59,695 nucleotides of DNA, taken from the NCBI GenBank assembly GCA_045106735.1, contig JBGCEZ010000099.1:1-59695 (forward strand). Direction: 5' to 3'. Origin of the DNA: Phycisphaerales bacterium (GTDB taxonomy: Bacteria > Planctomycetota > Phycisphaerae > Phycisphaerales > SM1A02). Every line of letters begins with the position of its first letter. The stretch's first letter is position 1. Made by a program: the position numbers and the translations under genes. This document shows positions 18,450-27,853 of the stretch, piece by piece. The notes under the pieces were generated by a model. The model saw nothing but the letters and a program-made list of their open reading frames with translations. It ran no database searches and was not told where the DNA came from.

Positions 18450-18574
18450 ATCCCGCGGTCGGCCCGGCAAGGAGCCTCGTCGCCCGGCACCGGTCCGCAT
18501 CGCTTTTGTTCACTTCATGCGTGCCGCCCGCGGGGAACGCCCGCGCACGCTTCCTGTCTCGAAAGGGGACAACG

Positions 18575-19948
18575 ATGTTCCGCCTGACTCGCATTCGCCG
18601 TCACACCATCGGCCTCCGATTTCGCCGCGGCGGACTGGAACGTGTTCTCACGACCGGCCTGCACGTCGCGTGGGGATTCGCGCGCTGGTTCGAGGAGCGG
18701 GTCGACATCGTCGACCTCCGGACGCCGGCGTTCACCCACCCGGAACTGGACGTTCTGGTGCGCGATCCGCGCCTCGGCAACTCCTTGATCGTGGCCGAGC
18801 TGCAGGAGCACGAGCGCGGGCTCGTGTGGATCAATGGTCGGCTTGAAGGCCTCATCGGCCCGGGCCTCCACGCCTGGTGGAAGGGTCCGGCGAAGGTGAC
18901 GGTCAGTCGTTTCGACACGCGGACGCCGGACTTCGAGCACGAGCTCAAGGACGTGCTCGTCCGTGATCCGCGACTGGCGCCGCACCTGACGGTGGTGGAC
19001 CTCAAGGACTACGAGCGGGCGATCCTCTGGGTCAACGGCCGGGTCACCGAGGTGCTCGGCCCGGGCCTCCACGCGTGGTGGAACGTGTCGTCGATCGTCG
19101 AGGTCGAGCGCTTTGACGTTCGGACGTTCCGCTTGGAACACGGCCAGCTTGATGCGGTCACCGAAGCGCCGGGGGCGCTGCGGCACATCTTCTCCAAGCG
19201 GGTCGCGGCCCACGAGCGGACGATCGTGTTCCGCAACGGTGAGCGCGTGGCGGAACTGCAGCCAGGGGCGTTCGTTGCCTGGCGCGATGGTTCGGTCTTG
19301 AGCACCGAGACGGTCGATGTTCGTGAGCAGCACCTGGACGTGCAGGGTCAGGACATCATCACCGCCGACAAGGTTTCGGTTCGCGTGAACCTGCTCGTGA
19401 CGCACCGGGTGACCGACCCGGTCGCCGCGATCGTGGAGGTCGAGGATTGGTCCAGCAGCTTGTACCGCGAGGCGCAGTTGGAACTGCGGGCTGCCGTCGG
19501 TGGCCGGACGTTGGAGCAGCTGCTCACCGACAAGGATGTCGTGGGCGATGAGATCCGAACGCGGTTGACCGAGCGGGCCGCTGGCTTCGGCGTGCAGATC
19601 CTGAGCGTTGGCTTGCGGGACATCATCCTGCCGGGCGACATGAAGGCGATGCTCAACGAGGTGATCCTGGCCCAGAAGCAAGCCGAGGCGAATCTCATCC
19701 GTCGCCGCGAGGAGACGGCTGCGGCGCGCAGCCAGGTCAACACCGCCCGGCTGCTCGCCGAGCACCCGGCGTTGGCCCGGATGAAGGAACTCGAGGCGCT
19801 CGAGTCCATCCTCCGGGGGACGAACGCAACGTTCGTTCTGGGCTCCGGAGACTTGACCGAGCAAGTCGGGAGTCTTGTTCGCGGCAAGGGCTCGTCGCCG
19901 TCGTCGCCGTCGAACTCGTCGCCGTCGTCGAATTCGCCGACATCGTGA
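18575..19948 (+). CDS. SPFH/band-7 (stomatin/HflC-like) domain protein with an N-terminal tandemly duplicated ~80-aa module and an S/P-rich tail
   Basis: C-terminal half (DIITADKVSVRVNLLVTHRV...REAQLELRAAVGGRTLEQLLTDKDVVGDEI...GVQILSVGLRDIILPGDMKAMLNEVILAQKQAEANLIRRRE) is an SPFH signature. N-terminal internal repeat (DVLVRDPRL...VWINGRLEGLIGPGLHAWW / DVLVRDPRL...LWVNGRVTEVLGPGLHAWW). Start ATG at 18575 preceded by AAAGGGGA. Confidence 0.8.
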   Translation: MFRLTRIRRHTIGLRFRRGGLERVLTTGLHVAWGFARWFEERVDIVDLRTPAFTHPELDVLVRDPRLGNSLIVAELQEHERGLVWINGRLEGLIGPGLHAWWKGPAKVTVSRFDTRTPDFEHELKDVLVRDPRLAPHLTVVDLKDYERAILWVNGRVTEVLGPGLHAWWNVSSIVEVERFDVRTFRLEHGQLDAVTEAPGALRHIFSKRVAAHERTIVFRNGERVAELQPGAFVAWRDGSVLSTETVDVREQHLDVQGQDIITADKVSVRVNLLVTHRVTDPVAAIVEVEDWSSSLYREAQLELRAAVGGRTLEQLLTDKDVVGDEIRTRLTERAAGFGVQILSVGLRDIILPGDMKAMLNEVILAQKQAEANLIRRREETAAARSQVNTARLLAEHPALARMKELEALESILRGTNATFVLGSGDLTEQVGSLVRGKGSSPSSPSNSSPSSNSPTS

Positions 19949-20094
19949 AACCCTTTCGCATCCCCCGCCCGGTCTTCGGATCTGGCGCGGGATGTTTTGT
20001 GCGCGCGGGTACACTTCGGCCGCGCCGAACGCTGCCGGTGCGGATCAACCGTTCGCCGGCCCCGCGCCGGCGACGCGCATGAACTTCATTTGAT

Positions 20095-21537
20095 GTGACC
20101 ACTGGCCGGGAGTCCGCCGTGCACAGTCTGAGCGATCGCCGATCGACGTCGCCTTCTCCCGCCCGAACGCACCGGTCGCACCCGTCGCACCGAACACACC
20201 GGAGTGCCCGTCGCCGGCGCTCAAATGTTGCCACGGTGTTCATCGGCGCCGCGCTGGCCATCGGCGCTGCCCTGACACTCGGCTGCCGCGACACGCCCAG
20301 CGTCCCACCGCGGCCGGCCCCCGAAGTCACGGTGGCCACGCCGGCGGTCGAGACGGTGACCGAGTTCCTCTACTACGACGGCACGGTCGAGGCCATCGAG
20401 ACCGCCCAGATCCGGGCCCGTGTGCCGGGATACCTCGAGGCGGTCAACTTCGACGAATCAACCGACGTCAAGAAGGGTGACGTGCTCTTCCGGATCGAGC
20501 CGGCCACGTTCCAGGTGGCCGTGCAACAGGCTTCGGCGTCCCTTGCCCGGGCCAAGGCCGAGGCCGAACTCGCCCGCACCCGCCGCGACCGCGTCGTGGC
20601 CGCCTTTGACCGCAACGCGGCCAACGAGATCGAACGCCTGGAAGCCGAAGCCCAACTCGCGGTGGCCGACGCCGCCGTCGACCAGGCCCAGGCCGGCGTG
20701 GACGAGGCGAATCTGCAGCTCAGCTATACCCAGGTGCGATCGCCGATCGACGGACGGGTGGACCGGAACTACGTGGACGTCGGCAACCTGGTCGGGGACG
20801 GCGAACGCACGCTCCTGGCCACCGTCGTCCGGATGGACCGCGTGCGGGTGACCTTCGACGCAAGCGAGCGCATCGTGCTGCGGTACATCGCCCGCGGCGA
20901 CGCGGGCGATGTGGGCCGCGACGGCATCACGCCGCCGCCGGTGGACATCGGCCGTCTGGGCGATGAGGGCTACCCGTTCGCCGGGACGATTGACTACGTC
21001 GGCAACGTGGTCGACCCGTCCACGGGCACGCTCGTTGTTCGCGCGGTGCTGGACAACCCGGACACGCGGCTCTTCCCGGGGCTGTACGCCCGCATCCGCG
21101 TTCCCTTTCAGGAGAACGACGGCGCGGTGCTGGTCGACGAGAACGCCGTGCAGACCGATCTGGCCGGCCGGTTCGTGTACGTCGTCGGTGAAGAGAACCT
21201 CGTCGAGCGCCGCGGGGTCGAAGTCGGGAGCCGCTACGACGGCCGGCTGCACATCGTCTCCGGTTTGATCGGCGACGAGCGATACATCGTGAACGGCTTG
21301 CAACGGGCCCGGCCGGGGCTGCCGGTGCGGCCGACGATGGTGGGCGACGAGGGGGCTGCTGCTGCGGACGGCGACGCCGCGAACGCCGCTGCTTCCGCTG
21401 ACCGTGTGGCTGGCCCTGCTGGCCCTGCTGGCCCGGCCGACCCCACCGACCCCATAGCCACCGACCCCGCGGCCACCGCCCCCACCGCCCCCGCAGCCAC
21501 CGCCCCGGCGGCCTCCTCCGACGACTCGAATTCCTGA
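20095..21537 (+). CDS. RND efflux pump periplasmic adaptor (membrane-fusion protein, HlyD/AcrA family)
   Basis: Lipobox-like LTLGC near the N-terminus. Hairpin coiled-coil region and SYTQVRSPIDGRV...VDVGNLV beta-barrel motif of the MFP family. GTG start per the ORF track. Pro/Ala-rich tail. Confidence 0.8.
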   Translation: MTTGRESAVHSLSDRRSTSPSPARTHRSHPSHRTHRSARRRRSNVATVFIGAALAIGAALTLGCRDTPSVPPRPAPEVTVATPAVETVTEFLYYDGTVEAIETAQIRARVPGYLEAVNFDESTDVKKGDVLFRIEPATFQVAVQQASASLARAKAEAELARTRRDRVVAAFDRNAANEIERLEAEAQLAVADAAVDQAQAGVDEANLQLSYTQVRSPIDGRVDRNYVDVGNLVGDGERTLLATVVRMDRVRVTFDASERIVLRYIARGDAGDVGRDGITPPPVDIGRLGDEGYPFAGTIDYVGNVVDPSTGTLVVRAVLDNPDTRLFPGLYARIRVPFQENDGAVLVDENAVQTDLAGRFVYVVGEENLVERRGVEVGSRYDGRLHIVSGLIGDERYIVNGLQRARPGLPVRPTMVGDEGAAAADGDAANAAASADRVAGPAGPAGPADPTDPIATDPAATAPTAPAATAPAASSDDSNS

Positions 21538-21552
21538 CGCGGAGCCCGCGCG

Positions 21553-24500
21553 ATGTTCTCCCGCTTTTTCATCCGCCGCCCCGTCTTCGCCGGCGTGCTG
21601 GCCATCATCATCTTTCTGGCCGGCGGACTGAGCATCCCGGTGCTGCCGATCGAGCAGTATCCGGCGATCGCCCCGCCCACTGTGCAGATCACCGCGGTCT
21701 ATCCCGGCGCGAACGCCCAGACCGTCGTCGACTCGGTGACCGCGCCGATCGAGCAGCAAGTCACCGGCGTCGAAGGCATGATCTACATGTCGAGTCAGTC
21801 GTCCGACGACGGGCGGATGACGATCACCGTGACGTTCCGGCTCGGCACCGACATCGACATGGCCGCGGTGCGCGTGCAGAACCGCGTGGCGCTGGCCGAA
21901 CCGAGGCTGCCGGCCGAGGTTCGCGCCCAGGGCGTCAACGTGGCCAAGCAGTCCACCAGCTTGCTGATGGTGCTCAGTCTGTACTCGCCGGAGCGCACCT
22001 TCGACGAGTTGTACATGGCGAACTTCGCGTCGATCAACATCGTCGACGAGCTTGCGCGGGTCGATGGCGTAGGCGGTGTGGCCCTCTTCGGCGGCAGTGA
22101 ATACAGCATGCGGGTGTGGCTCGACCCCGACCTGCTCGCCGCCCGCGGCGTGACCGCCGGCGACATCGTTGCGGCCCTGCGGGAACAGAACGTCCAGGTC
22201 GCCGCCGGCCGCGTCGGCCAGGAGCCGACCCCGGATGATGCGGGTTTTCAGTACACGCTGAGCGCCCTGGGCCGGTTGACCACCGTCGATCAGTTCCAGG
22301 ACATCGTCGTCCGCACCGGCGAAGATGGCGAGACGCTGCTTCTGCGAGAGGTGGCCCGGGTCGAACTCGGCGCGCAGTCGTACGACAGCTTCAGCCGCTT
22401 GGATGGCGAGCCGAGTCCGGCGTTCGGCATCTACCAGTTGCCCGGCTCGAACGCGGTGGACGTGGCCGCTGGCGTCAAAGAGGCGATGAATGAGCTGCGG
22501 TCGGGGCAGAACTGGCCCAATGGCCTGGAGTATCAGGTCACGTACGACTTCACCGCCTTTGTGGTGGCGTCCATTCTTGAGGTCGTGGTGACGATCGCCA
22601 TTGCTGCGGTGCTCGTGTTCCTGACCGTGTTTGTGTTTCTGCAAGATTGGCGGGCGACGCTCGTTCCGGCCGTGGCCATGCCGGTGTCGATCGTGGGATC
22701 GCTCGCCGTCTTGCTGGCCGCGGGCTACAGCCTGAACATGCTGACGCTGTTTGGCCTGGTGCTCGCGATCGGCGTGGTGGTCGACGATGCGATCGTGGTG
22801 GTGGAGAACTGCGCCCGGTTGATCGACGAAGAAGGACTCGGCCCGCGCGAGGCGGCGATCCGAAGCATGAGCGAGATCACCGGCCCGGTCATCGCCACGA
22901 CCTTGGTGCTCCTGGCCGTGTTCGTGCCGACGGCCGTGCTGCCCGGCATCACCGGCGAGTTGTATCGCCAGTTCGCGGTGACCATTTCGGTGGCCACGGT
23001 CATTTCGTCGGTCAACGCGCTGACGCTCAGTCCGGCGCTGTGCGCGATTCTGCTGCGTCCGTCGCGCGGTCCGCGCCGATTCATTGGTTGGCGGGCGTTC
23101 AATGGCGCGCTGGAACTGGCCCGGGCGGCGTACACGTGGACGGTGCGCGGGGCGCTGCGGGTGAGCATCGTCGTATTGGTGTTGTACGCCGGGGTCGCCG
23201 CGGCGACGGTCTGGGCCGTCCGCACGACGCCGACCGGCTTCTTGCCGATGGAAGATCAGTCCGTCGTCTTTGCCAACATTCAGTTGCCGGACGCGGCGCG
23301 GCTCGGGCGCACGGACGCGGTGCTGACGCAGGCAGAAGCCATGGCCGCCGACATTCCCGGCGTCCGCGACGTGATCGGCCTTGGCGGCCGGTCGCTGATC
23401 AGCGGCACGACCCAGTCGAATGTGGCGACGGTCATCGCGATTCTGGACCCGTGGGAGGAGCGGACGACCCCGGACCTTTCGGCCGAAGCAATCACCGGGC
23501 GGATGGGCATGACCTTCGCCGGGATCCAAGAGGCGATCGTGTTTCCGTTTCGGCCTCCCCCGATTCAGGGCCTGGGTCTGGCCGGCGGGTTCGAGATGCA
23601 GGTGCAAGACGTTGGGGCGCGCGGCTTCGGCGAGCTGCAAGACGTCACCAACGACGTGACCGACGCGGCGAACGCGACCCCGGGATTGACGAACGTCTTC
23701 AGTCCGTTTCGGGCCCGCGTGCCGAAGCTCTTTGTCGACATCGACCGGGCGAAGGCCAAGCGCCAAGATCTTGCGCTGACGGAAGTCTTCGGAACCTTGC
23801 AGGCGAACATGGGATCGCAGTACGTCAACGACTTCAATCGATTCGGCCGCGTCTATCAGGTGCGGGTGCAGGCGGACAATGAGTTTCGCCAGTCGGCCGA
23901 GGACGTCATGCGATTGGAAATGCGGAACAGCGCGGGCGATATGGTGCCGATGAGTTCGATCGCCACCGTTGAGACGACCGTCGGGCCGGACGTCATCAGC
24001 CGGTACAACCTGTATCCGTCCACCAGTGTTCGTGGTTCGACCGCTCCGGGGCTGAGTTCCGGTGACGCGGTCGCCTTGATGGAATCGATCGTGGCCGATC
24101 GGCTGCCGCGCGGTTTCGATTCCCAGTGGACGGGCACCACCTACCAGCAGAACGAAGCGGGCAACATGGCTCCGTTGGTCTTCGGACTGGCCATCGTGTT
24201 CGTCTACCTCGTCCTGGCGGCCCAGTACGAATCGTGGACCACGCCCCTGGCCATCTTGGCCACGGTGCCCGTCGGCATCCTGGGGGCGATGCTGGCGATT
24301 CGCATCCGCAACATGCCGAACGACATTTACGTCCAGGTCGGACTAGTGCTGCTGGTCGCCCTGGTTTGCAAGAACGCGATCCTCATCGTCGAGTTCGCCC
24401 GCCAACGCCGGGCCGAAGGCGAGAGCGTGCGGGCCGCGGCGATCGAGGCGGCCAGCCTGCGATTCCGTCCCATCTTGATGACGAGTTTCAGTTTCATTCT

Positions 24501-24741
24501 CGGCACGCTGCCGCTCATGCTGGCGACCGGCGCGGGGGCGGCGAGCCGCCAGGCCATCGGCACGACGGTGATCGGCGGCATGGTGCTCGCGACCATCGTC
24601 GGCGTGTTCTTCATTCCGACGCTGGACGCGGTGGTGCAGTCGACGGTGCGGCGCGTGTGGGGGCGGGGCGACTCGGCCTCGTCGACATCGGCAGTCCCGG
24701 CTGAGGCCACGGCGACAGTCAACGGCGACAAGCGGGAATAG
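21553..24741 (+). CDS. RND efflux transporter permease (AcrB/CzcA superfamily)
   Basis: MFSRFFIRRPVFAGVLAIIIFLAGGLSIPVLPIEQYPAIAPPTVQITAVYPGANAQ is the classical AcrB N-terminus. 1062 aa with 12-TM architecture. Confidence 0.9.
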   Translation: MFSRFFIRRPVFAGVLAIIIFLAGGLSIPVLPIEQYPAIAPPTVQITAVYPGANAQTVVDSVTAPIEQQVTGVEGMIYMSSQSSDDGRMTITVTFRLGTDIDMAAVRVQNRVALAEPRLPAEVRAQGVNVAKQSTSLLMVLSLYSPERTFDELYMANFASINIVDELARVDGVGGVALFGGSEYSMRVWLDPDLLAARGVTAGDIVAALREQNVQVAAGRVGQEPTPDDAGFQYTLSALGRLTTVDQFQDIVVRTGEDGETLLLREVARVELGAQSYDSFSRLDGEPSPAFGIYQLPGSNAVDVAAGVKEAMNELRSGQNWPNGLEYQVTYDFTAFVVASILEVVVTIAIAAVLVFLTVFVFLQDWRATLVPAVAMPVSIVGSLAVLLAAGYSLNMLTLFGLVLAIGVVVDDAIVVVENCARLIDEEGLGPREAAIRSMSEITGPVIATTLVLLAVFVPTAVLPGITGELYRQFAVTISVATVISSVNALTLSPALCAILLRPSRGPRRFIGWRAFNGALELARAAYTWTVRGALRVSIVVLVLYAGVAAATVWAVRTTPTGFLPMEDQSVVFANIQLPDAARLGRTDAVLTQAEAMAADIPGVRDVIGLGGRSLISGTTQSNVATVIAILDPWEERTTPDLSAEAITGRMGMTFAGIQEAIVFPFRPPPIQGLGLAGGFEMQVQDVGARGFGELQDVTNDVTDAANATPGLTNVFSPFRARVPKLFVDIDRAKAKRQDLALTEVFGTLQANMGSQYVNDFNRFGRVYQVRVQADNEFRQSAEDVMRLEMRNSAGDMVPMSSIATVETTVGPDVISRYNLYPSTSVRGSTAPGLSSGDAVALMESIVADRLPRGFDSQWTGTTYQQNEAGNMAPLVFGLAIVFVYLVLAAQYESWTTPLAILATVPVGILGAMLAIRIRNMPNDIYVQVGLVLLVALVCKNAILIVEFARQRRAEGESVRAAAIEAASLRFRPILMTSFSFILGTLPLMLATGAGAASRQAIGTTVIGGMVLATIVGVFFIPTLDAVVQSTVRRVWGRGDSASSTSAVPAEATATVNGDKRE

Positions 24742-24959
24742 TCGAAGCCGCCGGGGCATTCTCTGCTGGCCGCCCGGGTCGCCGGATCCTTGGCGGCTGC
24801 CCCGGGCGGGAGCGAGTCGCCCTACCGTGTCGCGTCGGGCGTCGGGCGTCGGGTGTTCTGGCGTTCGAGCGCCCTGCCGAACGGGCGAGCGATTCGATCA
24901 CCGCCGCGCTGTCCGCCCCCAACTTTGTTCATGGGTCCGCCGCGCGGCGGCGACCCGCC

Positions 24960-26369
24960 GTGGAGCTTCCTTTGAGTGAATCCGTCGACGTCTGTGTTCT
25001 GGGGTCCGGCGCCGTTGGGCAGTCGGTTGCCCACCGAGCCCGCAAGGCTGGCCTGAGCGTGGTGGTCATCGAGGCCCAAACGCCGGGCGGGACGTGCCCG
25101 AATCGCGGATGCGACGCCAAGAAGCCGTACGTGAATGCCGCGGCGCTGCGGTATCGCAGCGAACGATTGCATGCAGCTGGCGGCGGGATCGAGCCGGCAA
25201 GCATCGCGTGGCGCGACATCACGCAGTTCAAGCGGCGGTTCACCGAACCGGTCGGCGGCATCACCGGCCGCGAACTGGCGGACGTGGGGGCGGAAGTGAT
25301 CATCGGCTCGCCGAAGTTCCTGGATGCATCCACGATCGAGGTGGGGGATCGGCGACTGTCATCGGAACGGATCGTGATCGCGACCGGACATCAACCGCGC
25401 GAGCTGAACATTCCCGGCATCGAGCACACCGTGAATTCGGACGCGCTGCTGGAGATTGACGACCTGCCACCGCGGGTCGCGTTCATTGGCGGCGGATACA
25501 TCGGGATGGAGTTCGCCTGCGCCGCCGCCCACGCGGGGCACGAGGTGACCGTCCTCAACAGCCGCGAACACACTTTGCAATCATTCGATCCGTTCGTGGT
25601 CGGGGTGATGGAAGAAGCGCTCCCGCAGCTCGGGCCGCACGGAGTGCGGGTGATCACCAATGCTCGCGTGGGCGCGGTGACGCCGGCCGATGGCGGCGGC
25701 TTTGTGGTCCACCGCGATGCGGACGGCACCCAGCCCCTGGTCGAAGTGGACCTCGTGGTCAACAGCTCGGGGCGCGTGCCATCGGTGGCCGGGTTGAACC
25801 TCGAGGCGGCGGGCGTCGAGCATTCGCCGGCCGGCGTCCACGTGGACGAATTCTTGCGGTGCCCGGGCAACCCACGTGTCTGGGCCGGCGGCGATGTGGC
25901 GGACAACGGCCGGCCTGGCCTGATCCCCACGGCGGTCGATGATGGGCGCATCCTGGCCCACAACATGGTCGCGGCGACGTCGGAAGCGGACATGCGCCGG
26001 CGTTCGAACGCCCCGCTGTGCTCGGTCGCCTTCACCACGCCAATGGTCGCCGGGGCCGGGATGACCGAAGCCGAAGCCCGCGAGCAGCACGGCGACGCGG
26101 TGCACGTGTCCCGCGGCCGCATGAACACCAAGAAGTTCTTCCGCGAACTCGGGCAGGAACACATCGCGTACACGCTGGTCTTTGGCGACGATCGAACGCT
26201 GCTCGGCGCTCACTTCACCGGCGAAGGGGCCGACGAGGTCATCAACCTCTTCGGCCTCGCGCTCGGGCACGACGCCCGGGAGCATGCGCTCCACGACATG
26301 ACGCTGACGTACCCGTCGATTGGGTCGGCACTGCAAGGGGCGTACCGCAAGGCGGTGGCGGGGTTGTGA
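24960..26369 (+). CDS. FAD/NAD(P)-dependent pyridine nucleotide-disulfide oxidoreductase (dihydrolipoamide dehydrogenase/glutathione reductase class)
   Basis: VCVLGSGAVG (FAD-binding GxGxxG), redox-active GTCPNRGCDAKK (CxxxxC), second Rossmann motif AFIGGGYIGMEFA, and a C-terminal dimerisation region. GTG start at 24960; exact start uncertain. Confidence 0.7.
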   Translation: MELPLSESVDVCVLGSGAVGQSVAHRARKAGLSVVVIEAQTPGGTCPNRGCDAKKPYVNAAALRYRSERLHAAGGGIEPASIAWRDITQFKRRFTEPVGGITGRELADVGAEVIIGSPKFLDASTIEVGDRRLSSERIVIATGHQPRELNIPGIEHTVNSDALLEIDDLPPRVAFIGGGYIGMEFACAAAHAGHEVTVLNSREHTLQSFDPFVVGVMEEALPQLGPHGVRVITNARVGAVTPADGGGFVVHRDADGTQPLVEVDLVVNSSGRVPSVAGLNLEAAGVEHSPAGVHVDEFLRCPGNPRVWAGGDVADNGRPGLIPTAVDDGRILAHNMVAATSEADMRRRSNAPLCSVAFTTPMVAGAGMTEAEAREQHGDAVHVSRGRMNTKKFFRELGQEHIAYTLVFGDDRTLLGAHFTGEGADEVINLFGLALGHDAREHALHDMTLTYPSIGSALQGAYRKAVAGL

Positions 26370-26518
26370 GCGGTGGGGAGCCCCGTCGTCCACCGTCCAC
26401 CATCCACCGCCCCTCCCGGGCCACAGGGTCGCCAGAATCACTGGCCGCGGATCGACGTTGGCCGTCGATCCAAGTAGCTTGCCACCGTCCCTGATTCGTT
26501 CGGAGCCCCCTTCACGCC

Positions 26519-27634
26519 ATGCGCTGGTCGCTTCCCATCGGCCGATACCTCGGCATTGCGGTCTACGTCCACTGGACGTTTTCGCTGCTGCTGATCTACA
26601 TCCTCTACCGCTACCTTTCGATTGGGGCGGGATGGATGGCGGCGCTCGGCGGGATGGGCTTTGTGCTGGCCGTCTTTTTCTGCGTACTGCTGCACGAGTA
26701 CGGACACGCCATTGCCGCCCGGCGCTATGGCGTCGCCACCCGGGACATCACGCTGCTGCCGATCGGCGGGCTGGCCCGGCTCGAACGCATGCCGGAACAT
26801 CCGCGGGAAGAAGCGATCGTGGCGATCGCCGGGCCCATGGTGAACGTGGTGATCGCCGCCGTCCTGGGCGTCATCGTGCTGGCCACCGGCGCTTTCCCCA
26901 CGATGATGAGCGACCTGGTGGCTCCCGGCAGTGCGCTGCTCGCCCAGCTCATGGTGGTCAATCTGCTGCTGGTCGTCTTCAACATGATTCCCGCGTTCCC
27001 GATGGACGGTGGGCGCGTGCTGCGGGCGTTGCTCGCGACCCGGATGCCTCGGGTCCGCGCCACACGGATCGCCGGCAGTATCGGCCAGATGATGGCGATT
27101 CTGATCGCCACGTTCGGGCTCATCGTCTTGCACAACCCGTTCATGCTGCTGATCGCGATCTTCGTCTACCTGGGGGCGCAGAGCGAAACAGAGTACGTGG
27201 AAGCGCGAGACTCCTTGGAAGGCATGACCGCCGGCGACGGCATGATCAACGACTTCCACGCCTTGCCGGCGGAAACGCGGATGATTGACGCCGCGAGCCT
27301 GATGACGTCCGGCAGCCAAACGGAGTTTCCGGTTCTGGACGACGACGGGAACTTGCGGGGATTGATTTCGTCGACCGAGGTCGTTCGAGCCTTGGCGGCG
27401 GGCCGGGAAGCGGCGCCCGTCTCCGGCGACATGCGGACCAATCCGGTGATCGTTGATCCGAGCGATCCGCTGGGGCCGTTGTTGGAGAGTGTCCACGGGG
27501 ACCAGGGTGCGGCCGTGGTGGTGCGCGAAGGGCAGGTGGTGGGCCTTGTGACGCCCGGGAACGTCGGTGAGCTCGTGATGATCCGGCGGGCGCTGAAGGC
27601 GGCAAAGGACCGCATATCCACCGGCGTGGGGTGA
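26519..27634 (+). CDS. M50 family (site-2 protease-like) metalloprotease with C-terminal CBS domain pair
   Basis: HEYGHAIAAR (HExxH) within TM helices, FPMDGGRVLRAL (LDG motif), and a C-terminal CBS-like pair (...LRGLISSTEVVRAL...VVGLVTPGNV). Confidence 0.8.
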   Translation: MRWSLPIGRYLGIAVYVHWTFSLLLIYILYRYLSIGAGWMAALGGMGFVLAVFFCVLLHEYGHAIAARRYGVATRDITLLPIGGLARLERMPEHPREEAIVAIAGPMVNVVIAAVLGVIVLATGAFPTMMSDLVAPGSALLAQLMVVNLLLVVFNMIPAFPMDGGRVLRALLATRMPRVRATRIAGSIGQMMAILIATFGLIVLHNPFMLLIAIFVYLGAQSETEYVEARDSLEGMTAGDGMINDFHALPAETRMIDAASLMTSGSQTEFPVLDDDGNLRGLISSTEVVRALAAGREAAPVSGDMRTNPVIVDPSDPLGPLLESVHGDQGAAVVVREGQVVGLVTPGNVGELVMIRRALKAAKDRISTGVG

Positions 27635-27853
27635 ATTTCAAGCAGCCATTGCGCGGCCGGAGGGTCGCATATGCAGCCTGGCGGGCAGCACAACAGTCAT
27701 GCGGCCTGGGCGACGATGAACGAATTCGGTGCGCGCATCCGCGCGTCAAGCACCCCCAGAAGGCGGCCGATCCTGCTGGGACGAAGCGGCCTTGGCATCC
27801 CCGGCACGGGTGCGAGGACCGCGGCGAATCAATCGAATTCGTGAGCCTACGGC

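Noticed and set aside
17780-18574. tmRNA (ssrA), RNase P RNA or SRP RNA in the ORF-free region
   Set aside because: Hand search found no tmRNA tag-peptide reading frame with a resume codon plus terminal (A/L)AA-stop, no RNase P P4 (AGGAAAGUCC) and no SRP (GGAAGCAGC) signature. Only tRNA T-arm-like motifs were seen. These RNAs cannot be fully excluded without Infernal.
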